From: an uncultured virus (IMG/VR IMGVR_UViG_3300020166_000018)
Taxonomy: Duplodnaviria; Heunggongvirae; Uroviricota; Caudoviricetes
Virus record (IMG/VR): IMGVR_UViG_3300020166_000018
DNA: 64,000 nucleotides
Strand: one strand, 5' to 3'
Under the pieces are notes generated by a model that did no database searches, was not told where the DNA came from, and worked only from the letters and a program-made list of their open reading frames with translations. Below are positions 48,101 through 57,900 of the stretch, piece by piece; position 1 is the stretch's first letter; each line of letters opens with the position of its first letter. The translations under genes and the position numbers were made by a program.

Positions 48101-50405
48101 AACTTCGGGTGAATCCGGAACTTCAGGCTCATCAGGTACTAGTGGCTCATCAGGTACTAGTGGCTCATCAGGTACTAGTGGCTCATCAGGTACTTCAGGG
48201 AATGATGGTTCAAGTGGTACTTCAGGCTCATCAGGCACATCAGGCTCATCAGGTACTAGTGGCTCATCAGGCACATCAGGAATAGATGGTACTTCAGGTA
48301 CATCAGGTACAGACGGAACCTCAGGAACTTCAGGTTCATCAGGCACATCTGGTTCATCAGGTACTAGTGGTTCATCAGGTACTAGTGGTTCATCAGGTAC
48401 TAGTGGTTCATCAGGCACATCAGGAATAGATGGCACATCAGGCACAAGTGGTATTGATGGTACTTCAGGTACGAGTGGTGTAGATGGCAGTTCAGGTACT
48501 TCAGGCTCAAGTGGTACTTCAGGTAGTTCAGGTACAAGTGGTTCCTCAGGTACATCAGGAAACGATGGTTCAAGTGGTACTTCAGGTAGTTCAGGTACTT
48601 CAGGCTCATCAGGCACATCAGGCTCATCAGGTACTAGTGGCTCATCAGGCACATCAGGAAATGATGGTTCTTCTGGTACTTCAGGTAGCTCAGGTACAAG
48701 TGGTTCATCAGGTACTTCAGGCTCATCGGGTACAAGCGGTAGCTCAGGTACTTCAGGTGTTTCAGGTTCTAGTGGTACTTCTGGTTCATCAGGCACATCA
48801 GGATCTTCAGGTACATCAGGAAATGATGGTTCATCAGGAACATCTGGGTCTAGTGGCACTTCAGGCAGTTCAGGTACTTCAGGTTCAAGTGGCACTTCAG
48901 GCAGTTCAGGTACAAGTGGTTCATCAGGTACTTCAGGGAATGATGGTTCAAGTGGAACTTCAGGTAGTTCAGGTACTTCAGGTTCATCTGGAACTTCAGG
49001 CTCAAGCGGTACTTCAGGCGTAGATGGTTCATCAGGAACATCGGGCTCATCAGGTACATCTGGCTCATCTGGAACCTCAGGTTCATCAGGTACATCTGGC
49101 TCATCTGGAACCTCAGGTTCATCAGGTACATCTGGAACTTCAGGAAATGATGGTTCAAGTGGTACATCAGGAAGCTCAGGTACATCAGGAAGCTCAGGTA
49201 CTTCAGGTAGTTCAGGCACTAGTGGTTCATCAGGAACAAGCGGAAGCTCAGGTACTTCAGGAAATAGTGGTTCCTCAGGTACAAGCGGTAGCTCAGGTAC
49301 ATCTGGATCATCAGGTACTTCTGGTAGCTCAGGTACTTCAGGCGCTGCAGGCTCAAGCGGTACTTCAGGTTCATCAGGCACATCGGGGTCATCAGGTACA
49401 AGCGGAAGCTCAGGTACTTCAGGTGCTGCAGGCTCAAGCGGTACTTCAGGTTCATCAGGTACTTCAGGTTCATCCGGTACAAGCGGAAGCTCAGGCACTA
49501 GTGGTTCATCAGGTACTTCAGGTGCTACAGGTGATTCAGGTTCCTCAGGTACTTCAGGTTCATCCGGTACAAGCGGAAGCTCAGGTACTAGTGGTTCATC
49601 CGGTACTTCAGGTTCATCCGGTACTTCAGGTGCTACAGGTGATTCGGGTTCCTCAGGTACTTCAGGTTCATCCGGTACTAGTGGTGTAGCTACTATTATA
49701 GATGATGCTGATCATAGAATTACTACAGCAACAGGTACATCAGGTGTATTACAAGCTGAACCCGATTTTACATTCGATCCATTAACTACAGGTGTAAATA
49801 GACCTATATTAAGTTTAGGTCATGTAGATCAAACTACTCAAGCAAAAGAAGCTACATTTATAAATTACGGAAAAAGCATAATTAGTGGTTCAGGTATTCC
49901 TGGGATAACTTCTCAACGTGGTTTATATTTTACCAATAATTCAGGTTCCTTATATAATTCATACATCAGACATAATGATGATATGGAACTCGAATTATCT
50001 AGTAGTGTTGCTATTAATTTAGTAGGTACTGTAAACCAAGGTCAAGGATCAGGTGGTGGTAGTTTAATCCAAACATTTGCTTATAAAACTACAGTTGGTA
50101 CATCAACACAACAAGATGCATTAGCAAATTCTAATATTATAATGGGATCAGCTGATTATTTAGGACTAATTGCTGAATACGCTATAGAAACATCAGCAGG
50201 TGGTCGTAGGTTTGGTACAGTTGAAGTAGTATTTGATAATGCACAAGCACAATTTGTTGACTCATCTACAGTTGATGTTGGTGGTAATACCCAAGATGTA
50301 TTCTTCCAAGCAAACGGAGACCCATTACAGTTAATAATTGTTAATGGTAGTAGTACTGATACAGTGGATATAGCAATGTCATTTAAATTAATAGCAGTTC
50401 CTTAA
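45183..50405 (+). CDS. Large fibre-like protein with long G-T-S/G-S-S repeat shaft
   Basis: 1740 aa; ~625-aa N-terminal region, repeat tract ~47065-49685, C-terminal domain paralogous to 50478-53000. Confidence 0.8.
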   Translation: MAQYNPEQPALTLAGSIQGNAVGKDKYGINDQTGLGPNGADKFISYDIVISSISTQTVGDSDVRDSLGLNVGGQYNGLDIKVGDWVSSADGARIYQITEISEKATSYISCSIEDTGMVIAKTRSDRVNSISDGTGVVIFELSDNDQPVFAINTLNDFSNTTAVNAIQTYFNVYEPFERFTFYPDNTGSVDIGDLVTITGSVLGSQVSPYRLLPAEEDDTVIGVVSDIYGGNNINVRPYNKIITNFTSPELLTDGIIGSTWYSSGSDGAYVTSSEFGDAKFFQLSLPVGSSVTGSVDGPSLDETQYNLEINGVDVIPQDAGGSTLTLAQIVSEINNSFSSAYVSASVNQQGGGFASATTLGAAGSGGAAGTLAYSPDLIIVLDGNTGGTGSYPSAPATFSITSPNGTTFSVNPQTADSTYSGYPVATATQIASDINTAATSAGADVTATSGTNTLTITGTGAGTLIISNTTNDPFGGAAVGNGSGTGLPTGTFSAPALEEYLTLERTDGGDILLQGSWIESVNGAGLWGVSGTPPFLLMLENDNDTLSTYYTGSLLDNKTQNINFSGSGVEVTTSGSDGILVNIDSRIPVSASDAGVGLATEFNFSGSGVEGVTISNGIATVEITGGAGSGTSGSSGTSGENGTSGTSGESGTSGSSGTSGESGTSGTSGTSGSGTSGSSGTSGESGTSGTSGESGTSGTSGESGTSGTSGIDGTSGTSGVNGTSGTSGESGTSGTSGANGTSGTSGESGTSGTSGIDGTSGTSGADGTSGTSGESGTSGTSGANGTSGTSGESGTSGTSGIDGTSGTSGADGTSGTSGESGTSGTSGESGTSGTSGESGTSGTSGIDGTSGTSGADGTSGTSGESGTSGTSGANGTSGTSGIDGTSGTSGADGTSGTSGESGTSGTSGISGVDGGDGSSGTSGSSGTSGSSGTSGSSGTSGSGTSGTSGINGTSGTSGADGTSGTSGIDGTSGTSGESGTSGSSGTSGSSGTSGSSGTSGSSGTSGNDGSSGTSGSSGTSGSSGTSGSSGTSGIDGTSGTSGTDGTSGTSGSSGTSGSSGTSGSSGTSGSSGTSGSSGTSGIDGTSGTSGIDGTSGTSGVDGSSGTSGSSGTSGSSGTSGSSGTSGNDGSSGTSGSSGTSGSSGTSGSSGTSGSSGTSGNDGSSGTSGSSGTSGSSGTSGSSGTSGSSGTSGVSGSSGTSGSSGTSGSSGTSGNDGSSGTSGSSGTSGSSGTSGSSGTSGSSGTSGSSGTSGNDGSSGTSGSSGTSGSSGTSGSSGTSGVDGSSGTSGSSGTSGSSGTSGSSGTSGSSGTSGSSGTSGTSGNDGSSGTSGSSGTSGSSGTSGSSGTSGSSGTSGSSGTSGNSGSSGTSGSSGTSGSSGTSGSSGTSGAAGSSGTSGSSGTSGSSGTSGSSGTSGAAGSSGTSGSSGTSGSSGTSGSSGTSGSSGTSGATGDSGSSGTSGSSGTSGSSGTSGSSGTSGSSGTSGATGDSGSSGTSGSSGTSGVATIIDDADHRITTATGTSGVLQAEPDFTFDPLTTGVNRPILSLGHVDQTTQAKEATFINYGKSIISGSGIPGITSQRGLYFTNNSGSLYNSYIRHNDDMELELSSSVAINLVGTVNQGQGSGGGSLIQTFAYKTTVGTSTQQDALANSNIIMGSADYLGLIAEYAIETSAGGRRFGTVEVVFDNAQAQFVDSSTVDVGGNTQDVFFQANGDPLQLIIVNGSSTDTVDIAMSFKLIAVP
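47361..47639 (+). repeat. Exact 135-bp tandem duplication within the repeat shaft
   Basis: Unit starting TCAGGTGAAAGCGGT at 47361 recurs at 47496. Confidence 0.75.
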
Positions 50406-50477
50406 TAATAAGTGTATTATTTACACTTAAGTATAATATGTATAATTAACAATAAATAAATAATTTAAAACAATCAA

Positions 50478-53000
50478 ATGGCTAACGAATTAGTAATTAG
50501 GGATGGGTTTATTTCACTAGGTGGAGTAACTCTACCTTACAAAGCGGTAACTAGTACCTACACAATTACGACGAGTGATTATATGGTAGATGCCACATCA
50601 GGCACCTTCCAAATTACTCTTCCTACTGCTGTAGGAACTGCAGGTAAAATATTTGAAATTAAAAACAGTGGTTCAGGTACTATTACCGTAGCAACTACTT
50701 CTAGCCAAACCATAGATGGTGATAGTACAGTAACTTTAGAAGAAAGTGAAAACCTTCATGTTCAAAGTGATGGTGCTAATTGGATCGTAGCTGGTACTAA
50801 TGGTACCTCAGGTAGCTCAGGTACTTCAGGTAGCTCAGGTACATCAGGAAGTTCAGGTTCATCAGGTACTTCAGGATCTTCAGGTAGCTCAGGTACTTCA
50901 GGCTCTAGTGGTTCTTCAGGTACTTCTGGTTCATCAGGTTCCTCAGGTACATCAGGTTCATCAGGTACGTCTGGTTCATCAGGCTCATCAGGTACTTCTG
51001 GCTCATCAGGTAGTTCAGGTACTTCGGGTTCATCGGGTACAAGTGGCTCATCAGGCTCATCAGGTACCTCAGGTAGCTCAGGTTCATCTGGTACATCAGG
51101 TTCTTCAGGTACGTCTGGTAGCTCAGGCTCTTCAGGCACTTCAGGCTCTTCAGGTAGCTCAGGTACTTCAGGCTCTTCAGGTACATCAGGCTCTTCGGGT
51201 TCTTCAGGTACGTCTGGTAGCTCAGGCTCTTCAGGCACTTCAGGCTCTTCAGGTAGCTCAGGTACTTCAGGCTCTTCAGGTACATCAGGCTCTTCGGGTT
51301 CTTCAGGTACATCAGGAAGTTCAGGTTCCTCAGGTACATCAGGTTCATCAGGTACTTCAGGAAGTTCAGGTTCATCAGGTACTTCAGGCTCAAGTGGTTC
51401 ATCAGGTACTTCTGGTTCATCAGGTTCCTCAGGTACATCAGGTTCATCAGGTACTTCAGGAAGTTCAGGTTCATCAGGTACATCTGGCTCATCAGGTTCC
51501 TCAGGTACATCCGGCTCATCAGGTACTTCAGGAAGTTCAGGTTCATCAGGTACTTCAGGAAGTTCAGGTTCATCAGGTACTTCAGGAAGTTCAGGCTCAT
51601 CAGGTACAAGCGGTAGCTCAGGCTCTTCAGGCACTTCAGGTTCATCAGGTACATCAGGCAGCTCAGGCTCATCAGGTACAAGCGGTAGCTCAGGCTCTTC
51701 AGGCACTTCAGGTTCATCAGGTACATCAGGCAGCTCAGGCTCATCAGGTACCTCAGGATCTTCAGGAAGCTCAGGTACATCAGGATCTTCAGGTACATCA
51801 GGTAGTTCAGGCTCTTCAGGTACATCAGGTAGTTCAGGTTCATCGGGTACATCAGGTTCTTCAGGTACAAGTGGCTCATCGGGTTCATCAGGTACATCAG
51901 GAAGTTCAGGTTCATCGGGTACATCAGGCTCTTCTGGTACATCTGGATCTTCAGGTTCATCGGGTACATCAGGCTCTTCTGGTACATCTGGATCTTCAGG
52001 CTCATCAGGTACATCAGGTAGTTCAGGCTCTTCAGGTACTTCAGGTAGTTCAGGTTCATCTGGTACATCGGGCTCATCAGGTACAAGTGGATCATCGGGT
52101 TCATCAGGTACATCAGGAAGTTCAGGCTCATCAGGTACATCAGGTTCTTCAGGTACAAGTGGATCATCGGGTTCATCAGGTACTTCAGGAAGTTCAGGCT
52201 CATCAGGTACTTCAGGTAGCTCAGGTACTTCAGGCTCAAGTGGTTCATCAGGTACTTCTGGTTCATCAGGTACTTCAGGTAGCTCAGGCTCTTCAGGTAC
52301 TTCAGGCTCAAGTGGTTCATCAGGTACTTCTGGTTCATCAGGTACTTCAGGTAGCTCAGGCTCTTCAGGTACTTCAGGCTCAAGTGGTTCATCAGGTACT
52401 TCAGGCTCATCAGGTAGCTCAGGTACATCAGGAAGTTCAGGTTCATCAGGTACTTCAGGTTCATCAGGTACATCAGGTAGTTCAGGCTCATCAGGTACAT
52501 CAGGAAGTTCAGGTACATCCGGAAGTTCAGGTTCATCAGGTACTTCAGGTGTAGCAGATATCTTAAACGATGGTTTAGATAGAGTAATTGTTGCTACAGG
52601 TACTAGTGGTGTTGTATTAGCTAAATCTAATCACATTTTCACTACAGATGCTTATACATTAAATGGTGATATTGTTAGAGAAGGTGTTAATATATCAGTT
52701 CCTAATACTAACACAGGGGTTCTTATAGCAGCTGCTTCAGGAACTACTTACATGGGAGTTATAGTTGACTACTCATTTGTATCAGGAAATGGTGCTCAAA
52801 GATTCGGTACTATTAGAGTTAACTTTAATTCAACAAGTGTTGTTTTAGATGAAACCTCTACTACTGATTTAGGTGGTAGTACAGATGATGTAGTATTTAG
52901 TGCTGGTATTGCCCTGGGTAATATGAGATTATCAGTTGATAACAACGAAGGTTCAACAATAGAATTAGTAGCTGTTTATAATTTAATAGCTAGAAACTAA
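50478..53000 (+). CDS. Fibre-like protein with G-S-S/G-T-S repeat shaft
   Basis: 840 aa; N-terminal ITLPTAVG..GKIFEIKN..TIDG..SDGANW module; ~580 aa composed only of G, S and T. Confidence 0.8.
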   Translation: MANELVIRDGFISLGGVTLPYKAVTSTYTITTSDYMVDATSGTFQITLPTAVGTAGKIFEIKNSGSGTITVATTSSQTIDGDSTVTLEESENLHVQSDGANWIVAGTNGTSGSSGTSGSSGTSGSSGSSGTSGSSGSSGTSGSSGSSGTSGSSGSSGTSGSSGTSGSSGSSGTSGSSGSSGTSGSSGTSGSSGSSGTSGSSGSSGTSGSSGTSGSSGSSGTSGSSGSSGTSGSSGTSGSSGSSGTSGSSGSSGTSGSSGSSGTSGSSGTSGSSGSSGTSGSSGSSGTSGSSGTSGSSGSSGTSGSSGSSGTSGSSGSSGTSGSSGTSGSSGSSGTSGSSGSSGTSGSSGTSGSSGSSGTSGSSGSSGTSGSSGSSGTSGSSGSSGTSGSSGTSGSSGSSGTSGSSGSSGTSGSSGTSGSSGSSGTSGSSGSSGTSGSSGTSGSSGSSGTSGSSGSSGTSGSSGTSGSSGSSGTSGSSGSSGTSGSSGTSGSSGSSGTSGSSGTSGSSGSSGTSGSSGSSGTSGSSGSSGTSGSSGTSGSSGSSGTSGSSGSSGTSGSSGTSGSSGSSGTSGSSGSSGTSGSSGTSGSSGSSGTSGSSGTSGSSGSSGTSGSSGSSGTSGSSGTSGSSGSSGTSGSSGSSGTSGSSGSSGTSGSSGSSGTSGSSGTSGSSGSSGTSGSSGTSGSSGSSGTSGVADILNDGLDRVIVATGTSGVVLAKSNHIFTTDAYTLNGDIVREGVNISVPNTNTGVLIAAASGTTYMGVIVDYSFVSGNGAQRFGTIRVNFNSTSVVLDETSTTDLGGSTDDVVFSAGIALGNMRLSVDNNEGSTIELVAVYNLIARN

Positions 53001-53024
53001 ACTTAACCTTTAATTAAATAGATT

Positions 53025-53053
53025 TGCCCCTCCATTCGGAGGGGCATTTTTTT
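53025..53053 (+). terminator. Rho-independent terminator
   Basis: TGCCCCTCC-ATTC-GGAGGGGCA-TTTTTTT. Confidence 0.9.
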
Positions 53054-53087
53054 CCTTTAACTTATAATATGTATACCCGATATTAAC

Positions 53088-53107
53088 CTGTTGGAAAGTG
53101 AAAACAG
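53088..53107 (+). promoter_or_regulatory. Leader hairpin with GGAAAGTGAA loop
   Basis: CTGTT-GGAAAGTGAA-AACAG, ending 9 nt before ATG 53117. Confidence 0.5.
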
Positions 53108-53116
53108 AACTACATA

Positions 53117-54970
53117 ATGGCAAACGAATTTAAGATTAAAAATGGCCTGATAATCTCAGGTACTCTCCCTACAGCACCTAACGAGGATACTGTATTAGTA
53201 ATAGACTCCGATGGAGTAGTAAAAACAAAAGAAGCAGCAGCGACTTCTGGAACCTCAGGTTCAAGTGGCTCATCAGGTACATCAGGCTCATCAGGTACAT
53301 CTGGCTCATCAGGCAGCTCGGGTACTTCAGGTAGCTCAGGTACATCAGGTTCATCAGGTAGTTCAGGCACATCAGGTTCATCAGGCAGCTCGGGTACTTC
53401 CGGCTCATCAGGTAGTTCAGGAACTTCAGGTGGTACAGGTGCATCAGGTGGTATCTATTTAAAAGCAGATGTTTCTACATCATCACCATCAACTATTGTA
53501 AACCCTAATGTTATAAACTCTGGTAAGCTCTTTATCCAACAACATGGTGGAACTATTGCTGACCCAATGAACATTAGTACTAATGGATTCCAACAAACAG
53601 GTATTTCAAGTGATATTTACTCGGATTCAACCGCAACTACATTAGTATCAAATGGATTTAACCAAGTTTTAAGCAGTATATCAGGTAATTGGGCTAATTA
53701 TTCAATCGGTGATATAGTTGCTGAATTTGTATTTAAAAATACTACCCAAACTGGTAACTTTACTTTAGTTGTTAAAAAAGATAATACATCTTTTACAAGT
53801 AACAATGCATTCACTTCGGGGGATGGAATGATTAATTATTTTAATGGACAAGAAGGAGCTAGTGGTAATCTTAATTATTATGTAGTTGATACTAATGGTA
53901 ATATAGAAACAGATGATATTTTATTATTAGTTAACTATAGCCTCCCAGGTGGATCAGGTACATCAGGTAGTTCAGGTACTTCAGGTTCAAGTGGTTCATC
54001 AGGTAGCTCAGGTACTTCAGGCTCAAGTGGTTCTTCAGGTACATCAGGAAGCTCAGGCTCATCGGGTAGTTCAGGTACTTCAGGAAGTTCAGGTTCATCA
54101 GGCTCATCAGGTAGTTCAGGTACTTCAGGTACAGCTACTATAACTAATTTAGGTAATAATAGAGTATTAACTTCAACTGGGGTTCAAGGTGAAGCAAATG
54201 CCGAAGCTAACCTACAATTTAATGGTAGTACATTAGCTGTAACTGGAGGTTTAACTGTAACAGGTAATACTATATTGGGTAATGCTGCTACAGATACTAT
54301 TAGCTTCTCAGGAGATGTTGATTCAGATATTCTCCCAGAAACTGCTAATTTAACACTAGGTGATGCTTCTAGTAGATGGGAAGGTTACTTTAATACTATT
54401 AGTGCTAATTTAACTACAGGTGTAGATAACTCTGTAGTAATTAAAGATTCAGATGGATTCCTAAAAACAGATGAGATTGATTCTCGTGTTTGGGGTTCTA
54501 GTTTAGTAGACTATAATGGTACTCCTGCTGATAATGAATTAGCAATATTTACAGATGCAGATACTATTGAAGGAACTGCAGGTAGGTTAACTTTTGATGG
54601 TTCAGAACTTAATCTTACAGGTGTATTTAACGCTGATGAGAAAAACTTCGACATTCCTCATCCAACTAAAGAAGGATGGAGACTTCGTTACTCTGTAATG
54701 GAGGGTCCTGAAAGAGGTGTGTATGTTAGGGGTAAAGTAACAGGCAACGGAATAATAACCCTTCCAGATTATTGGAAGGATTTAGTATATGAAGATAGTA
54801 TATCAGTACAATTAACAGCTATAGGCAAATCTCGTGCTCATCATGTGGTTGATGTTAATACTTCAACAATCACAGTGGGTTGTACATTCGGATCTATTAA
54901 TGCATATTACCACGTATATGCAGAAAGAAAAGCCGATACTCCATTAGAAGTTGAATACGAAAAAAAATAA
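53117..54970 (+). CDS. Fibre protein with GSS repeats and putative C-terminal chaperone/autocleavage-like domain
   Basis: KNFDIPHP..RLRYSVMEGPERGVYVRG..LPDYWKDLV..VQLT motif typical of phage fibre C-termini. Confidence 0.7.
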   Translation: MANEFKIKNGLIISGTLPTAPNEDTVLVIDSDGVVKTKEAAATSGTSGSSGSSGTSGSSGTSGSSGSSGTSGSSGTSGSSGSSGTSGSSGSSGTSGSSGSSGTSGGTGASGGIYLKADVSTSSPSTIVNPNVINSGKLFIQQHGGTIADPMNISTNGFQQTGISSDIYSDSTATTLVSNGFNQVLSSISGNWANYSIGDIVAEFVFKNTTQTGNFTLVVKKDNTSFTSNNAFTSGDGMINYFNGQEGASGNLNYYVVDTNGNIETDDILLLVNYSLPGGSGTSGSSGTSGSSGSSGSSGTSGSSGSSGTSGSSGSSGSSGTSGSSGSSGSSGSSGTSGTATITNLGNNRVLTSTGVQGEANAEANLQFNGSTLAVTGGLTVTGNTILGNAATDTISFSGDVDSDILPETANLTLGDASSRWEGYFNTISANLTTGVDNSVVIKDSDGFLKTDEIDSRVWGSSLVDYNGTPADNELAIFTDADTIEGTAGRLTFDGSELNLTGVFNADEKNFDIPHPTKEGWRLRYSVMEGPERGVYVRGKVTGNGIITLPDYWKDLVYEDSISVQLTAIGKSRAHHVVDVNTSTITVGCTFGSINAYYHVYAERKADTPLEVEYEKK

Positions 54971-54994
54971 TATAATTACCATAAATAACACCAA

Positions 54995-57900
54995 ATGGCT
55001 AAAAATATTCAAATAATCCCATCTTCAGGTAGTTTAGCGCGTTCCAAGACACTGAACAATCTAATGATATTACTTTTGAAAGAGACGGAACTGACTTATT
55101 AACAAAAGTTGGAAGTAGTACAATAATGACTATGGACGATAGTACTGTTAATTTTGATAATAGTATAAACCTTATTCTTCCTAAAAAAGCAGACACAACA
55201 GATACTATCGAAGGCTCAATCTATTTAGATGGTCCTTCAGGAGAAATGATAGTTGGTACAGGAGCAAGTCATTCTACTGGTGGTGGTCAGAAAGGTGAAA
55301 AAGGTGTTCAAGGTCCTAGAGGTCCCATTGGTCCTGGTGGTTCACAAGGTCCAATTGGTCCTGGTGGTGCTATTGGTCCTATTGGTCCTAAGGGTAATAT
55401 TGGACCTCGTGGTCCTATTGGTGTACAAGGTCCTATTGGTCCAACAGGAAATTCACCTATTGGTCCTATTGGTCCTGGTGGTGCTATTGGTCCTAGAGGT
55501 CCTATTGGTGTACAAGGTCCTATCGGTCCTAAAGGTACATCTCCAATAGGTCCTATTGGTCCTAAAGGTACTTCACCCATTGGTCCAATTGGCCCCGAAG
55601 GTGCTATTGGAATACAAGGTCCTAGAGGTCCTATTGGCCCACAAGGTCCTATTGGTCCAACTGGAAACTCACCCATTGGTCCAATCGGTCCAAAAGGTAG
55701 TATAGGTAATATTGGACCTCGTGGTCCTATTGGAGTACAAGGTCCTATTGGACCACAAGGAGCATCTCCAATTGGCCCAATCGGTCCAAAAGGTAGTATA
55801 GGTAATATTGGACCTCGTGGTCCTATCGGTGTACAAGGTCCTATCGGTCCTACTGGAAATTCACCAATTGGTCCCATTGGTCCACAAGGTGCTATTGGTC
55901 CAACAGGAGCACAAGGCCCTAGAGGTCCAATCGGTCCGTTAGGTCCTAAAGGAACATCTCCAATTGGTCCTATCGGTCCTAAAGGAACATCACCTATAGG
56001 TCCTAGAGGTCCTATTGGCCCACAAGGAGCACAAGGCCCAAGAGGTCCAATTGGTCCACAAGGATTGGTCCACAAGGAATACAAGGCCCAAGAGGTCCAA
56101 TTGGTCCACAAGGTCCTATCGGTCCTAAAGGAACATCTCCAATTGGTCCTATTGGACCAAAAGGAACATCACCTATAGGTCCAAGAGGTCCTATTGGTAT
56201 ACAAGGTCCTAGAGGTCCTATTGGTCCATTAGGTCCTAAAGGAGATAAAGGCCAAACAGGAGCACAAGGTCCAGCTGGACCTAAAGGTAACATAGGTCCT
56301 ATTGGTCCTATTGGTGTACAAGGTCCTATCGGACCACAAGGAGCATCTCCAATTGGCCCAATTGGTCCAACAGGAGCTCAGGGTCCACGAGGCCCAATTG
56401 GTATTCAAGGTCCAAGAGGTCCAATTGGTCCTAAAGGAACTTCACCTATTGGTCCAATCGGTCCTAAAGGAACATCACCTATTGGTCCAATCGGTCCTAG
56501 AGGCCCTATTGGTATACAAGGCCCTAGAGGTCCTATTGGTGTACAAGGTCCTATCGGACCACAAGGAGCATCTCCAATTGGTCCAATTGGCCCAAAAGGT
56601 AGTATAGGTAATATTGGACCACGTGGTCCTATAGGAGTACAAGGTCCAATTGGACCACAAGGTGCATCTCCAATTGGTCCAATAGGACCAACAGGTGCTC
56701 AAGGTCCTAGAGGTCCAATTGGTATTCAAGGTCCTAGAGGCCCAATCGGTCCTAAAGGTACTTCACCTATTGGCCCTATTGGACCTAAAGGAACATCACC
56801 TATTGGTCCAATCGGTCCTAGAGGCCCTATTGGTATACAAGGCCCTAGAGGTCCTATTGGTGTACAAGGTCCTATCGGTCCTAAAGGAACATCACCTATA
56901 GGTCCTAGAGGTCCTATTGGCCCACAAGGAGCACAAGGCCCAAGAGGTCCAATTGGTCCACAAGGTCCTATCGGTCCTAAAGGAACATCTCCAATTGGTC
57001 CAATCGGTCCTAAAGGAACATCACCTATTGGTCCAATCGGTCCTAGAGGTCCTATTGGTATACAAGGTCCTAGAGGTCCAATCGGCCCACAAGGTCCAAT
57101 TGGCCCTAAAGGTACTTCACCTATTGGTCCAATCGGTCCTAGAGGTCCTATTGGTATACAAGGTCCAAGAGGTCCAATAGGTCCACAAGGCCCAATCGGT
57201 CCTAAAGGAACATCACCTATTGGCCCAAGAGGTCCAATTGGCCCAACAGGGGTACAGGGTCCAAGAGGTCCAATAGGTCCACAAGGTCCAATCGGTCCTA
57301 AAGGTACTTCACCTATTGGTCCAATTGGCCCAACAGGAGCACAAGGTCCTAGAGGTCCTATTGGTATACAAGGTCCTAGAGGTCCTATCGGTCCTAAAGG
57401 TACTTCACCTATTGGTCCAAGAGGTCCAATCGGTCCAGGTGGTGCACAGGGTCCAAGAGGTCCAATAGGTCCACAAGGTCCAATCGGCCCCAAAGGAACT
57501 TCACCTATTGGTCCTATTGGTCCAGGTGGTGCACAAGGTCCAAGAGGCCCAATTGGTATACAAGGTCCTAGAGGTCCTATCGGTCCTAAAGGTACTTCAC
57601 CTATTGGTCCAATTGGTCCAACAGGGATACAAGGACCAAGAGGTCCAATCGGTCCACAAGGCCCAATTGGTCCTGGTGGTTTATCACAAATTGGTCCTAA
57701 AGGAGGTATTGGCCCAATAGGTCCAATTGGTGGTACAGGAGCACAAGGTCCAATTGGTCCAATTGGCCCTAAAGGTACTTCACCTATTGGTCCTCAAGGT
57801 ATACAAGGTCCAGGGGGTCCTATAGGTGCTTCAACCATTGGTCCACAAGGTCCAATTGGCCCTAAAGGTACTTCACCTATTGGTCCACAAGGTCCTAGAG

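Noticed and set aside
46829..49498. 889-aa minus-strand ORF (PEVPDE repeats) and similar antisense or alternative-frame ORFs across 43690-61224
   Set aside because: Shadow ORFs created by stop-free repetitive codons of the GTS/GSS/GPX tracts; no independent promoter or domain.
50742..50754. GAAAGTGAAAAC resembling the leader-hairpin loop
   Set aside because: It lies within coding sequence (E-S-E-N), lacks the GG start and has no flanking stem.
55126..56178. Stand-alone 350-aa collagen CDS
   Set aside because: It is the middle fragment of the frameshifted 54995-58361 gene, and its tail is out-of-frame sequence.
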